Shown: positions 11,977 through 21,466 of the stretch, piece by piece
How the letters are laid out: every line of letters begins with the position of its first letter
How positions within the stretch are numbered: position 1 is the first letter of the stretch
NCBI GenBank assembly: GCA_028690575.1
Contig: JAQVAY010000001.1
Span: 1,163-65,162, forward strand
DNA: 64,000 nucleotides
Reading direction: 5' to 3'
Origin: Bacilli bacterium
GTDB lineage: Bacteria > Bacillota_I > Bacilli_A > RFN20 > CAG-826
The notes under the pieces: model-generated
What the model was told of the DNA's origin: nothing
The model's database searches: none
The model's input: only the letters and a program-made list of their open reading frames with translations
Made by a program: the position numbers and the translations under genes

Positions 11977-12525
11977 TCATAGTTTAAAAGCAAGATTCTG
12001 ATTCGCTCGTATGAGTTTCATAAAGGTTTCCTGTTTTCTAAGAAACATAAACAAAATATAACCAGCAATCATTACCGCTAATTCTCCAAGAGCAACAGTT
12101 CCAGCATAAAACCAAAACGAAACAGAGGAATCAACAAAGAGATAGAGCATCAAACCAACAATCAATCCATTTGAAACGATTGGGTAAACGAGAGATACCA
12201 AAAGTATTTTTGAATAAGCAATGAGAAGGCAGGAAATCAAAGTCGCTAGAGTTCCGAACACAATGTCAAAAATTGAAACAGATGAAAACAAGTTAGCTAC
12301 GAGACATCCGATTGTAAGACCAATAACATAATCTTTCCGAAAAAAGCAAAGTAAAACCATTATTTCAGCAACGCGAAATTGAATTGGCCCATATGAAAAT
12401 TGGTAGGTTATTAATGTCAAAACAGCATATAATGCGGCAATTATGCCGTTACTGGCTATGTCTTTAATTGAAAGTTTCAAAATTCTTTCCTCCTTGTTTT
12501 TTGAGTGGTTAGGCAAGGACAACAC
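11977..12525 (-). CDS. Small polytopic membrane protein, possibly a queuosine-precursor transporter (QueT-like ECF S-component)
   Basis: About 5 TM helices and 182 aa; the call rests on genomic context with queH-queA-tgt, not on recognised motifs. Confidence 0.4.
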   Translation of the reverse strand: MLSLPNHSKNKEERILKLSIKDIASNGIIAALYAVLTLITYQFSYGPIQFRVAEIMVLLCFFRKDYVIGLTIGCLVANLFSSVSIFDIVFGTLATLISCLLIAYSKILLVSLVYPIVSNGLIVGLMLYLFVDSSVSFWFYAGTVALGELAVMIAGYILFMFLRKQETFMKLIRANQNLAFKL

Positions 12526-12532
12526 TCTATAA

Positions 12533-13441
12533 TTAATTGATTAGCTGAAGAATGAGAGAGCAGATATCTAAGACTTTGATATCTTTATTCAGTTTCTGTT
12601 CAATTGTATTGGTCACTGCAATATCGACAATATTGGCCTGCTTGAATTTTTTAATATTATGATTGGAAAACACAGCATGACTGGCTCCAATTAATACTTT
12701 TTTTGCTCCATGTTGATATAAAAGGTTTGTGGCTGAGATAATTGTGCCGCCTGTGTCAATAATGTCATCGATAATAATGCAAACCTTATCTTTAACTAGT
12801 CTATTATCAACAACAAGGTGTTCGGCAACATTTGCCTTTGGTCTTACTTTATCGAGAATCACTTTTACTTCTCCTACTGTTCCGACTAAGGCATCCGCTC
12901 GATTATTAGCTCCGTGATCTGGAGAAACGATAACAACATCATTTTTTCTCAAGTTATTTTCTTTCATGTAGTTTAAATAATAATCAATGAATATGCTACT
13001 TGTGCTTACACTTTTGATTGATCTTTTAAAGAAGCTCTCAATAACTGGATGATGTAAATCAAATGTAGTCAATGAATCATAATGGGCGGTTTCAATAATT
13101 TTGCTAACCACTTCACAGCTGACTGGTTCATTGATCCAGCTGACTCTTTCTTGTCGAGAATATCCAAAATAAGGAATAAACAATTGAATAGATTTGGCAC
13201 CAGAACGATTAATAGAATCTAACAACAAAAGTAATTCAAAAATACGTTCATGAGCATTTTTATATGTTGATTCAATTACAATAGCGTCTTTTCCTTTTAC
13301 ATTAGAAAGTGTTTTCACAAGTACTTCGCCATCAGCGAACCGAGTAATCGAAATGCGTCCTAGGTTAGCATCAAGTTTTTCCGCAAGTTCGCGTGCTAAC
13401 TTTTTATTTTGAGATAGGGAAAAAACGATGTAATTTTTCAT
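12533..13441 (-). CDS. prs: Ribose-phosphate pyrophosphokinase
   Basis: PRPP-binding DDIIDTGGT motif; 302 aa. Confidence 0.9.
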   Translation of the reverse strand: MKNYIVFSLSQNKKLARELAEKLDANLGRISITRFADGEVLVKTLSNVKGKDAIVIESTYKNAHERIFELLLLLDSINRSGAKSIQLFIPYFGYSRQERVSWINEPVSCEVVSKIIETAHYDSLTTFDLHHPVIESFFKRSIKSVSTSSIFIDYYLNYMKENNLRKNDVVIVSPDHGANNRADALVGTVGEVKVILDKVRPKANVAEHLVVDNRLVKDKVCIIIDDIIDTGGTIISATNLLYQHGAKKVLIGASHAVFSNHNIKKFKQANIVDIAVTNTIEQKLNKDIKVLDICSLILQLIN

Positions 13442-13445
13442 AAAA

Positions 13446-14063
13446 TTAACGATAGTGTTTTACAACAGTTAAAGCGATTTTTTTGTTGATAAATGATTGC
13501 TCAACATCAGCTCTTTTTTGATCAATCGCTATTCCTTTTGAATCTAAGTATTTAGTAAATTCGCGACAATAGAACCAATACCAAATACCAACTTTTTCGA
13601 AAGTTTTTTTCTCATCGTAAGTATCGTAAATTTGTGGTAAATAATACAGCTTATTTTCGTAGTATTTATAATTTATTGGGTCAAAACTTAAAAGAATTTT
13701 GGCGCTTTTCATATACCAATTATCGATAAAAATTGCGACAAAATATTCATCTGACAAATCATTCTGTAAAAGAACATCAAGAACAGTTGGCCCAGGAATA
13801 TACTCTTCGACAATGATATGAGTTTTTTTATCGTGGCAATAAATCTTTGGCGAAATAATGCCAGAGACGGATAATTTGTGAGCAGAATTTACATATCTCT
13901 CATAACCATCGACATCTTGTCCAAAATCTTTAAGGAAAAAAATCCTGTTTTTTCGAGTAACTTTTTTGCTTCGCTCTCCAAGCGGTTCAATAACCTCGAA
14001 GATTTTTCGTTTAATTTCAATTTGTTGGTTCATAATGCAATTATTATATGTCATTTGGCTCAT
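13446..14063 (-). CDS. Hypothetical protein with a minimal protein-kinase-like fold
   Basis: FFLKDF (VAIK-like lysine), IVEEYIPG (hinge-like), SFDPINY (HGDxxxN-like) and IYD are visible in this order. Confidence 0.5.
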   Translation of the reverse strand: MSQMTYNNCIMNQQIEIKRKIFEVIEPLGERSKKVTRKNRIFFLKDFGQDVDGYERYVNSAHKLSVSGIISPKIYCHDKKTHIIVEEYIPGPTVLDVLLQNDLSDEYFVAIFIDNWYMKSAKILLSFDPINYKYYENKLYYLPQIYDTYDEKKTFEKVGIWYWFYCREFTKYLDSKGIAIDQKRADVEQSFINKKIALTVVKHYR

Positions 14064-14130
14064 TTAACAAATAGGATTTTCTTTAAAGAAACTCTTTCTA
14101 ATTGTGCTAGTATTTATTTACGAGGTTTTT

Positions 14131-15324
14131 ATGAAAAATATTCAACGATTTATACGATATGCCCAGATTGACACACAAGCTGATGAAAATAGTTCAACCA
14201 TTCCTTCCACTGAAAAGCAGAAGAATCTTTCATCTTTACTCGTAAACGAATTAAAGGAGTTAGGTCTTTCTGATGCTTTTATGGATGAGTACGGGGTCGT
14301 TTATGGCCACTTGCCCGGCGAAGGAGACAAGATTGGTTTTAATTCTCATGTTGATACTGCTTTGGAAGTGACTGGAACGAATTGCCAACCAAAAATTATT
14401 GAAAAGTATGATGGGAAAGACATTAAACTCAATGAAAAGTATGTTCTATCTGCTAAACAATTTCCTAACCTTTTGAAATGTGTCGGGAAAGATTTAGTTG
14501 TTACTAATGGAGAGTCTTTGCTCGGAGCGGATGACAAAGCTGGAATTGCTATCATTATGTCTGCTTTAGAATATTTCCATAAAAACCCTTCAGAAAAGCA
14601 CAAAAATATATCGGTTGCCTTCACACCCGATGAAGAAATTGGTTTAGGCTCTGCACATTTTGATTTGAATAAAATGAACGCCGATTACGCTTTTACTATT
14701 GATGGTAGCTCTATTGATTGCATTGATTACGAAAACTTTAATGCCGCATCGGCAAAAATATTTATTCGTGGGGTGGCGGTTCATCCTGGAGAAGGAAAAA
14801 ACACTTTAATTAACGCAATATTGATTTTGAATGAGCTAATTTCCGCCTTGCCTGCAAAGGAAACGCCATATGATGCAAAAGAGGATGAAGGCTATTGGCA
14901 CATTAATAATTTAAATGGCACAAGTGAGTCTGCTCAATTAGATATGATTTTGCGAGATTTTGATGAACTAAAATTACAACAAAGAATTTTATTGATTAAT
15001 GAAATAGCGGGCAACCTTAAAAAGAAATATCCGAAGATTTCCGTTGATGTAGAAATAAAGAGGCAATATGAAAATATGAAACCTTATGTCGAAAAAGATC
15101 CTCGCCCAGTTCAACTTGCCAAAAAATCTTTACTCAAGAATGGAATTGCCCCTAGAAGCACCAAAATTCGGGGAGGAACCGATGGAGCGGCCTTCTCCAA
15201 AATGGGATTAGTGACTCCTAATCTTGGTACAGGAAGTTACAACCACCACGGGCGATATGAATATATCGTAATTCAAGAATTCGAAAAAATGGTTGATGTC
15301 GTAATCGATATGATGAGGTTATAA
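14131..15324 (+). CDS. pepT: Peptidase T (tripeptide aminopeptidase, M20B)
   Basis: MKNIQRFIRYAQIDTQ and the M20 metal-site residues; start after a GAGG site. Confidence 0.85.
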   Translation: MKNIQRFIRYAQIDTQADENSSTIPSTEKQKNLSSLLVNELKELGLSDAFMDEYGVVYGHLPGEGDKIGFNSHVDTALEVTGTNCQPKIIEKYDGKDIKLNEKYVLSAKQFPNLLKCVGKDLVVTNGESLLGADDKAGIAIIMSALEYFHKNPSEKHKNISVAFTPDEEIGLGSAHFDLNKMNADYAFTIDGSSIDCIDYENFNAASAKIFIRGVAVHPGEGKNTLINAILILNELISALPAKETPYDAKEDEGYWHINNLNGTSESAQLDMILRDFDELKLQQRILLINEIAGNLKKKYPKISVDVEIKRQYENMKPYVEKDPRPVQLAKKSLLKNGIAPRSTKIRGGTDGAAFSKMGLVTPNLGTGSYNHHGRYEYIVIQEFEKMVDVVIDMMRL

Positions 15325-15327
15325 ACA

Positions 15328-16263
15328 ATGGAAAAGAAAAAAATAATTATTGATTGTGATCCTGGTCACGATGACGCTATCGCGCTTCTCTTAGCGGCTT
15401 GTTCTTCAAAGATTAAATTGCTTGGTATTTCGGTTTCTTCAGGAAATCAAACGATTGAAAAAACATCTCGAAATACTTTGAATATCTGTCGCTATTTCGA
15501 CATTAAAGTTCCAATAGCAGTTGGTTGCTCGCGCCCTTTGGTCAGTGAACCGATGATTTGTGAAGAAGTTCACGGGAAAAGTGGTTTAGACGGCTTTGAT
15601 TTCCCTAAATACGAAGACAAATTTGATTCAAGAAACGGGGCAAGTCTTATTGTCGATTTGTTATTAAAGAATGAAGGTGTCACTGTTGTAACAACAGGTC
15701 CAATGACTAATTTAGCACTAGCACTAAGACTAAAACCCGAAATTGTTCACCATATCAAAGAGATTATTTTTATGGGTGGATCCGTGGATAATGGCAATGT
15801 TTCTCCAGCAGCTGAATTCAATATTTTAGTGGATGCAGAAGCTGCTCACATTGCATTACATTCTGGAGTTCCAATCAAAATGATTGGTTTGAATGTTACT
15901 AGAAAAGTTTTAGTGACAGATGAGATAATCAATAGAGCTTTTACTATTGGAAATAAGAAATCCATTTTCTTTGCCAAATTAATGCGTGTCTTCTTAGATA
16001 ATCAGAAAAAAGCATTCCATATCGTCGGAGCACCTCTCCATGACCCAGTGACAATCGCTTCTTTGATTGATGATTCTTTAGTTAGTTATCAAAGCATGAA
16101 TGTCGAAATTGATATATCCCATGGTAATAGTCATGGCAGAACAAATTGCGATGTGTTTGATTATTTACATGCCCCTAAAAATTGTCTCGTTGGCATGAAT
16201 ATTGATGTTAAGAAGTTTTGGAACCAAATTTTCAATTGCTTAAGGAGTAAATCTCATGAGTAA
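15328..16263 (+). CDS. Ribonucleoside hydrolase (IU-NH family)
   Basis: DCDPGHDDA N-terminal aspartate cluster. Confidence 0.85.
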   Translation: MEKKKIIIDCDPGHDDAIALLLAACSSKIKLLGISVSSGNQTIEKTSRNTLNICRYFDIKVPIAVGCSRPLVSEPMICEEVHGKSGLDGFDFPKYEDKFDSRNGASLIVDLLLKNEGVTVVTTGPMTNLALALRLKPEIVHHIKEIIFMGGSVDNGNVSPAAEFNILVDAEAAHIALHSGVPIKMIGLNVTRKVLVTDEIINRAFTIGNKKSIFFAKLMRVFLDNQKKAFHIVGAPLHDPVTIASLIDDSLVSYQSMNVEIDISHGNSHGRTNCDVFDYLHAPKNCLVGMNIDVKKFWNQIFNCLRSKSHE

Positions 16264-17143
16264 AATTCTCGTAATTGGCAGTCTAAGCATTGATAACGTA
16301 ACATACACTAAAGTCCTTCCAGGGCCAGGAACAACAGTTTTTGGTGAATCGTTCTTATCAAACATTGGAGGAAAAGGCGCTAATCAAGCTTGTGCAGCCA
16401 CTTTTCTTGGTGGAGATGTAACGTTTTTTGGTTCAATTGGAAAAGATCAAAACGGGGACTATATTTCATCCTTTCTAAAGTCGTTAGGAGTTAAGGGGGT
16501 TCTAAAAAGATCTTCCAAACAAACTGGAGTAGCCAGTATTACTCTTGATACATTCACAAAAGAAAACCGAATCATTATCGTTCCGGGTGCAAACATGGAT
16601 ATAACGAAAAAGGACATTGAGTTTATTTTGAATAAAGAAAAGGACATAAAATACCTTCTTATTCAATTAGAAAATCCAGTCGATACCGTTTGCTTTGCTT
16701 TAAAAAAAGCAAAAGAATTGGGTCTCACCACCATTCTTAATCCCGCTCCTTATCATGAATTACCCGACGATGTTTTTCCTTTTATCGATTATTTTATTCC
16801 TAATGAACATGAACTTGCTAGTTTTGTTGGAAAACAAAATGCGGATTATCAGGAAGCGGCTAGGGTGCTATTGAAAAAGGGTTTAAAGAATCTTATTGTT
16901 ACGCTTGGCAAAAACGGGTCCCTTTTCATTAATAGAGAAGCGCAAATAAAAATTGAACCCATCAAAGTTGACGCAATTGATACAACAGCGGCTGGCGATA
17001 GCTTTCTTGGCGCGTTTGTAACTGCTTTAAGCCAGGATAAAAGCATTAAACAGGCAATGGAGTTCGCCAACCGTTGTAGCGCAATCACGGTTACTCGAAA
17101 AGGCGCTATCGTTTCATTACCAAAATTAGAGGAAGTTATATAG
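16256..17143 (+). CDS. rbsK: Ribokinase
   Basis: GGKGANQA and DTTAAGDSF motifs of the PfkB/ribokinase family. Confidence 0.85.
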   Translation: MSKILVIGSLSIDNVTYTKVLPGPGTTVFGESFLSNIGGKGANQACAATFLGGDVTFFGSIGKDQNGDYISSFLKSLGVKGVLKRSSKQTGVASITLDTFTKENRIIIVPGANMDITKKDIEFILNKEKDIKYLLIQLENPVDTVCFALKKAKELGLTTILNPAPYHELPDDVFPFIDYFIPNEHELASFVGKQNADYQEAARVLLKKGLKNLIVTLGKNGSLFINREAQIKIEPIKVDAIDTTAAGDSFLGAFVTALSQDKSIKQAMEFANRCSAITVTRKGAIVSLPKLEEVI

Positions 17144-17804
17144 TTTGGTTTTTATTGCTCAAGCTAACAATGGATACTAAAGCAGTTCTTCTTGTTTTGC
17201 AGAGTTTCAAATCATCAGATAAGGATAAATATGTCGCTTCAGAAATGTTGTCACATAAGGTTGAAAGAATGTATTTTTCGTTTTGAAGTTCCAATATAAA
17301 AGAATCGTAGTGAGTAAGATCGTCTATTTCATAACGATTTGGAACAAAGTTTGAATCATTGCTTCTTTTAAAAGCACATTCCTTTAAAGACCAAATTTTC
17401 ATGAGTTTTTCATTTTTAGCATTTTGATATTTATCTTTTTCTTTTTTCGATAAAATAATCGATTTAAATTTATTGGGATCATCAATTGTTTTGATTTTTT
17501 GAATATCAACACCAATAGGATAATCACTCACCGCAACCACAACGATATTCCCACTATGAGAAAGTGAAAAATTATACCCCTCAAGAATCCATTTTCCGTT
17601 ATTCTTTTTTTGAAAATTTAGTGTGCTTTTTCCAAGGCCAAAAGTTTTGGATAGTGCGTATTCAAGTAGCTTCCAAACATAAAATTTTTGTTCTTTTACA
17701 TCGGAATTGCGGCATTTTTCAATTTCTTCTTTCCTCAAAGAACAATAAATATCCTCGTTGTAAGGAAAAGGATATTTTGCTATATATACATTACAATTAG
17801 TCAT
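17136..17804 (-). CDS. Sfp-type 4'-phosphopantetheinyl transferase
   Basis: GVDIQKI and WSLKECAFK motifs (PPTase motifs 2 and 3); 222 aa. Confidence 0.7.
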   Translation of the reverse strand: MTNCNVYIAKYPFPYNEDIYCSLRKEEIEKCRNSDVKEQKFYVWKLLEYALSKTFGLGKSTLNFQKKNNGKWILEGYNFSLSHSGNIVVVAVSDYPIGVDIQKIKTIDDPNKFKSIILSKKEKDKYQNAKNEKLMKIWSLKECAFKRSNDSNFVPNRYEIDDLTHYDSFILELQNEKYILSTLCDNISEATYLSLSDDLKLCKTRRTALVSIVSLSNKNQTI

Positions 17805-17941
17805 GTTTTATTTCTTTTTTATTTGGTTTCTTATCATTAGATTTGGTTTTTGAAACCTTTTTTAATTATAGAGGATTTTTCCAATAAAAAGAATACGCGT
17901 GTGTCCAGAATTGTGTTTCTCAAATATATTCAAGACTAGAA

Positions 17942-17972
17942 ATTGATAATGCTCACAAAAAAAGTGATATAA
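17942..17972 (+). promoter_or_regulatory. Candidate promoter: TTGATA, about 19 nt, extended -10 TGaTATAAT, ending roughly 7 nt before the CBS-gene ATG. This implies a leaderless mRNA.
   Basis: Read directly from the sequence; positions approximate. Confidence 0.4.
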
Positions 17973-17979
17973 TTTATAT

Positions 17980-18381
17980 ATGAACGTGTTGTTCTTTTTA
18001 ACTCCTAAAAATAATGTGGAATACCTACACGATACTTTTTCAGTTAGGCAAGCTCTTGAAAAAATGGAGCATCATCGTTACTCGTCAATTCCCGTTATCG
18101 ATAAAGAAGGTCGCTATGTTGAAACATTATCTACAAGTGATTTCTTATGGTTCATTAAAGGTAAAAATCTTAATCTTGAAATGTGTGAAAAAATTACTAT
18201 TAAAGAGATACAGCCATATCGATCAAATATTTCTATTCGAATTGACAAAGATGTGAGTGATTTAATCGACTTAATCGTGAATCAAAATTTTGTTCCTGTT
18301 GAAGATGATAAAGGCGTTTTCATCGGCATCATTACCAGAAAATCAGTCATGGACTACCTAGCAAAGAAACATAAAGATTAA
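17980..18381 (+). CDS. CBS-pair domain protein
   Basis: Two CBS-like repeats (SIPVIDKEGRYVETLSTSDFL and FVPVEDDKGVFIGIITRKSVMDYL). Confidence 0.7.
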   Translation: MNVLFFLTPKNNVEYLHDTFSVRQALEKMEHHRYSSIPVIDKEGRYVETLSTSDFLWFIKGKNLNLEMCEKITIKEIQPYRSNISIRIDKDVSDLIDLIVNQNFVPVEDDKGVFIGIITRKSVMDYLAKKHKD

Positions 18382-18700
18382 TAACCATGTTTTTTATATA
18401 AAGGATTCACAAATCAATGCAATAAAGATTTGTCGATTGGTTAGTTTTGTTAAAAAATGCAAATATGTTCAATTTTTAGATTAACTAAGCAAGTGTTGTT
18501 ATTCATTTTGCTCCTAAAGTAAAAAAATTGCCTGTTCATAAATGTGCATCCCACTCCAAAAAATAACGAATGTATCTTATTTACTAAGCGTTTTTATAAT
18601 AAGTTTTTTTCTTTGTTTAAGAAAAGCACAAAGGTGGTATGAAAATAAAAAATGGCAAGTATAATGGTCTTAACAGAGTTTATTTCAAATAAGAAAGAAG

Positions 18701-20659
18701 TTGTTTTATAAAATCATGGCGAAAATTCGTCTAGCAGAAAAAAATGATGCGTTGTTTTTGAAAAGTCTTGAGCAAAGGTGCTTTCCTGAGTCTCGTCAAG
18801 CTTCCTCCTCGTCTTTGAAACATAGTATGAGTAGTCATCACCAGTCAGTATTAATACTGGAAAACGATGATGATGTTCTTGTAGGAAGTGCGGTTGTATT
18901 TAAATTTAAAAAGACATGGCGGATATATTCTATTTCAATTCTGCCCGAATTTCAAAGACTCGGGCTCGGGCGATTTATAATGGAAAAGATTATTGAGAAA
19001 GCTAAGGAGTGTGGAATTCACTGCATTTCTTTGGAAGCTGATCACTGTAATAAAAAATTAATTGCCTGGTATAGGGCTTTTGGATTTTCTAAAGTCAAAA
19101 TATTGAAAGATTTCTATGGGAGCGGAGAAGATGCTGAAAAGATGTCTCTTCAACTAAAAAACGAGACTTCAGAAAAAGAATACCTTGCAAATATAGCCGT
19201 GGTAGATCATGAATACCCTTGGTTAAAGCAAATACCGAATCTAGAAGTAGTAAATATCCATCAATTTCTCAATGAAGAGAAATACCAAAATGCCAAAGAT
19301 TTACGAGTATTTAATCTTTGTTCTTCTCTCGGCTACCAAACACTAGGATATTATGTTTCCTTATTAGCAACCGCACGCGAGTTTCGACCAATACCTACAG
19401 TAGCAACTCTCGAAGATGCGCTTGACCAAACGATTACTGAATCAATAGGCGAAGAAGTTTTTGATGCTATTCAGGAAGCATTTAAACAAAATAGTAAAAA
19501 AGAAGTTAATTTCCGTATTATCTTTGGACAAAGCCACCCACCACGTTATGAAAAACTTGCTAAAACAATACTTCGTCTTTTCGAAGCGCCATTATTAGAA
19601 GTAACTTTTGTCAAAGAGCGAGTATGGAAATTAAAAAAAATCCAAATCCTTACTCTCAGCGACATTGTTGTTGATGAAGGAACGATTAAAGATGCCAAAA
19701 AATATTTTTCCCATAACCGATTTGCTATATCAAAAATCAAACAATACAAGTTTGATTTAGCTATTTTAATTGACCCAAAAGAACCCGCTGCTCCATCAGG
19801 TAAAACAGCTCTTGATAAATTTATCGATGCCGCCAAAAAAGTCGGATTCTACGTCGAATTTATCACTAAAGAAGACTATTCAAGAATCCCCCAATTTGAC
19901 GCTCTTTTTATACGGGCTACAACCAATGTTGATAATTATACTTATCAATTCTCACGCTATGCTTATTCTGAAGGGCTCGCTGTTATCGATGATCCTTGGT
20001 CTATTCTGAAATGCGCCAACAAGCTCTATTTCCATGAGTGCATGAGAAGCCACAATCTTCCTACTCCCAAAACTTTGATAGTTAGTGTTAAAACACCAAT
20101 CGAAAAAATAATATCGACATTCGATTTTCCGATTATTTTAAAAAGACCAGATAGTTCATCTTCTCTCGGTGTCTACAAAGTAACCGACGAAAAAGAATTA
20201 AGGATGAGAATGAGAGACCTTTTCCATAAGAGCGCCTTAATCATCGCTCAGGAATATATTCCCAGTGCATTCGATTGGAGAATTGGAATATTGGAAGGTA
20301 AACCACTTTATGCTTGCAAATACTATATGGCAAGAGACCACTGGCAAATTTATAACTGGAATACCAATAAATCTAATGCCACAGTAGGCGCGGTAGAAAC
20401 TTTTCTAATAGAAGATGCTCCCCAAGAGGTAGTTGAAACTGCTTTAAAGGCCGCTAATGCAATTGGTGATGGATTCTATGGTGTTGATTTGAAATCCAAA
20501 GATGGCAAAGTATATATTATTGAAGTAAATGATAACCCGAGCATCGATCGTCATTGGGAAGATGAAATTTTGGGCGATAAATTATATATTCAAATAATGG
20601 AAAATATCATGTCAAGAATTGAAAGAGCAAGACAGGATAAAATAAAAAAACTGATCTAA
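18701..20659 (+). CDS. Bifunctional RimI-like GNAT N-acetyltransferase / RimK-like ATP-grasp amidoligase (Ngg-like architecture). The likelier start is the ATG near 18716 (MAKIRL); the ORF-track start is a TTG.
   Basis: N-terminal GNAT (QRLGLGRFIM...YGSGEDAEKMSL), a central pre-ATP-grasp region and a C-terminal ATP-grasp (IILKRP...GVYKV...EYIP...YIIEVNDNPS). Confidence 0.75.
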   Translation: MFYKIMAKIRLAEKNDALFLKSLEQRCFPESRQASSSSLKHSMSSHHQSVLILENDDDVLVGSAVVFKFKKTWRIYSISILPEFQRLGLGRFIMEKIIEKAKECGIHCISLEADHCNKKLIAWYRAFGFSKVKILKDFYGSGEDAEKMSLQLKNETSEKEYLANIAVVDHEYPWLKQIPNLEVVNIHQFLNEEKYQNAKDLRVFNLCSSLGYQTLGYYVSLLATAREFRPIPTVATLEDALDQTITESIGEEVFDAIQEAFKQNSKKEVNFRIIFGQSHPPRYEKLAKTILRLFEAPLLEVTFVKERVWKLKKIQILTLSDIVVDEGTIKDAKKYFSHNRFAISKIKQYKFDLAILIDPKEPAAPSGKTALDKFIDAAKKVGFYVEFITKEDYSRIPQFDALFIRATTNVDNYTYQFSRYAYSEGLAVIDDPWSILKCANKLYFHECMRSHNLPTPKTLIVSVKTPIEKIISTFDFPIILKRPDSSSSLGVYKVTDEKELRMRMRDLFHKSALIIAQEYIPSAFDWRIGILEGKPLYACKYYMARDHWQIYNWNTNKSNATVGAVETFLIEDAPQEVVETALKAANAIGDGFYGVDLKSKDGKVYIIEVNDNPSIDRHWEDEILGDKLYIQIMENIMSRIERARQDKIKKLI

Positions 20660-20678
20660 AAAAGATGGATCCCAGCGT

Positions 20679-20694
20679 TGTTCTAATTTATTAG
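20679..20694. promoter_or_regulatory. Perfect 7-2-7 palindrome TTCTAATTTATTAGAA upstream of a TTGCGT-16-TATAAT promoter of the ferritin gene; candidate Fur/PerR-family operator
   Basis: Palindrome seen directly in the sequence; regulator assignment is inference from its position before an iron-storage gene. Confidence 0.3.
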
Positions 20695-20797
20695 AACTAG
20701 TGAAATATGTTTTGCGTAAAGCATATTGCTTTTTATAATGATGGCAATAGTCTAAAATATTTGTGAAGGTCGAAAGACTTTCAGAAAGAAGAAAATT

Positions 20798-21313
20798 ATG
20801 CTTAACAAAAAAATTGAAAAATTAATTAATGAACAAATTCAAAAGGAACTCTTCAGCAGTTACCTTTATTTAGAAATGTCTAACTACTATGAAGAAAAAG
20901 GACTAAAAGGCTTCGGCCATTATTTCCTAGTTCAAGCCCAAGAAGAAAGAGATCATGCACTTTACTTCAGGGACTATTTGCTTCATAGAAACGCCAGAGT
21001 TGTCTCCTTGAAGATTGATGCTCCTTTTGGAGATTATAAAGATTTGAGAGAACCTCTCGTTGTGCAAATAAAACACGAGCAAGAAGTGACCAAATCAATC
21101 GAAAACATCCTCGAAACTGCAATCAAGGAAAAAGATTACGGCACTCAAGAATTCTTACAATGGTTTATTAAAGAACAAGTTGAAGAAGAGAGCAATGCTG
21201 AAAATCTCTTGGCTGAATTTGATTTCCTTGCGGATGATAAGGCTGCATTAATTGGTTATGATGGTCATCTCCATGGACGCGCCTATCATAAATCAACTCC
21301 AGATTTAGACTAG
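20798..21313 (+). CDS. ftnA: Non-heme ferritin
   Basis: Ferroxidase-centre residues (E...EERDHA, QEV) and ferritin-like length. Confidence 0.85.
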   Translation: MLNKKIEKLINEQIQKELFSSYLYLEMSNYYEEKGLKGFGHYFLVQAQEERDHALYFRDYLLHRNARVVSLKIDAPFGDYKDLREPLVVQIKHEQEVTKSIENILETAIKEKDYGTQEFLQWFIKEQVEEESNAENLLAEFDFLADDKAALIGYDGHLHGRAYHKSTPDLD

Positions 21314-21335
21314 TCTTTAAACCATTATCAAACGG

Positions 21336-21360
21336 ACCACGATTCTTTCGTGGTTTTTTT
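21336..21360 (+). terminator. Rho-independent terminator after ferritin (ACCACG-loop-CGTGGT followed by T7)
   Basis: Hairpin plus T-run. Confidence 0.55.
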
Positions 21361-21466
21361 AAATCTTTAGTGGACAGATTTCTTTCGATTGCAGAAATGT
21401 TGTCGAAATTTGACCTCATCATCAACTCGTGATACTATCCTAGTATAATCTAAAGAGGCATTAATT

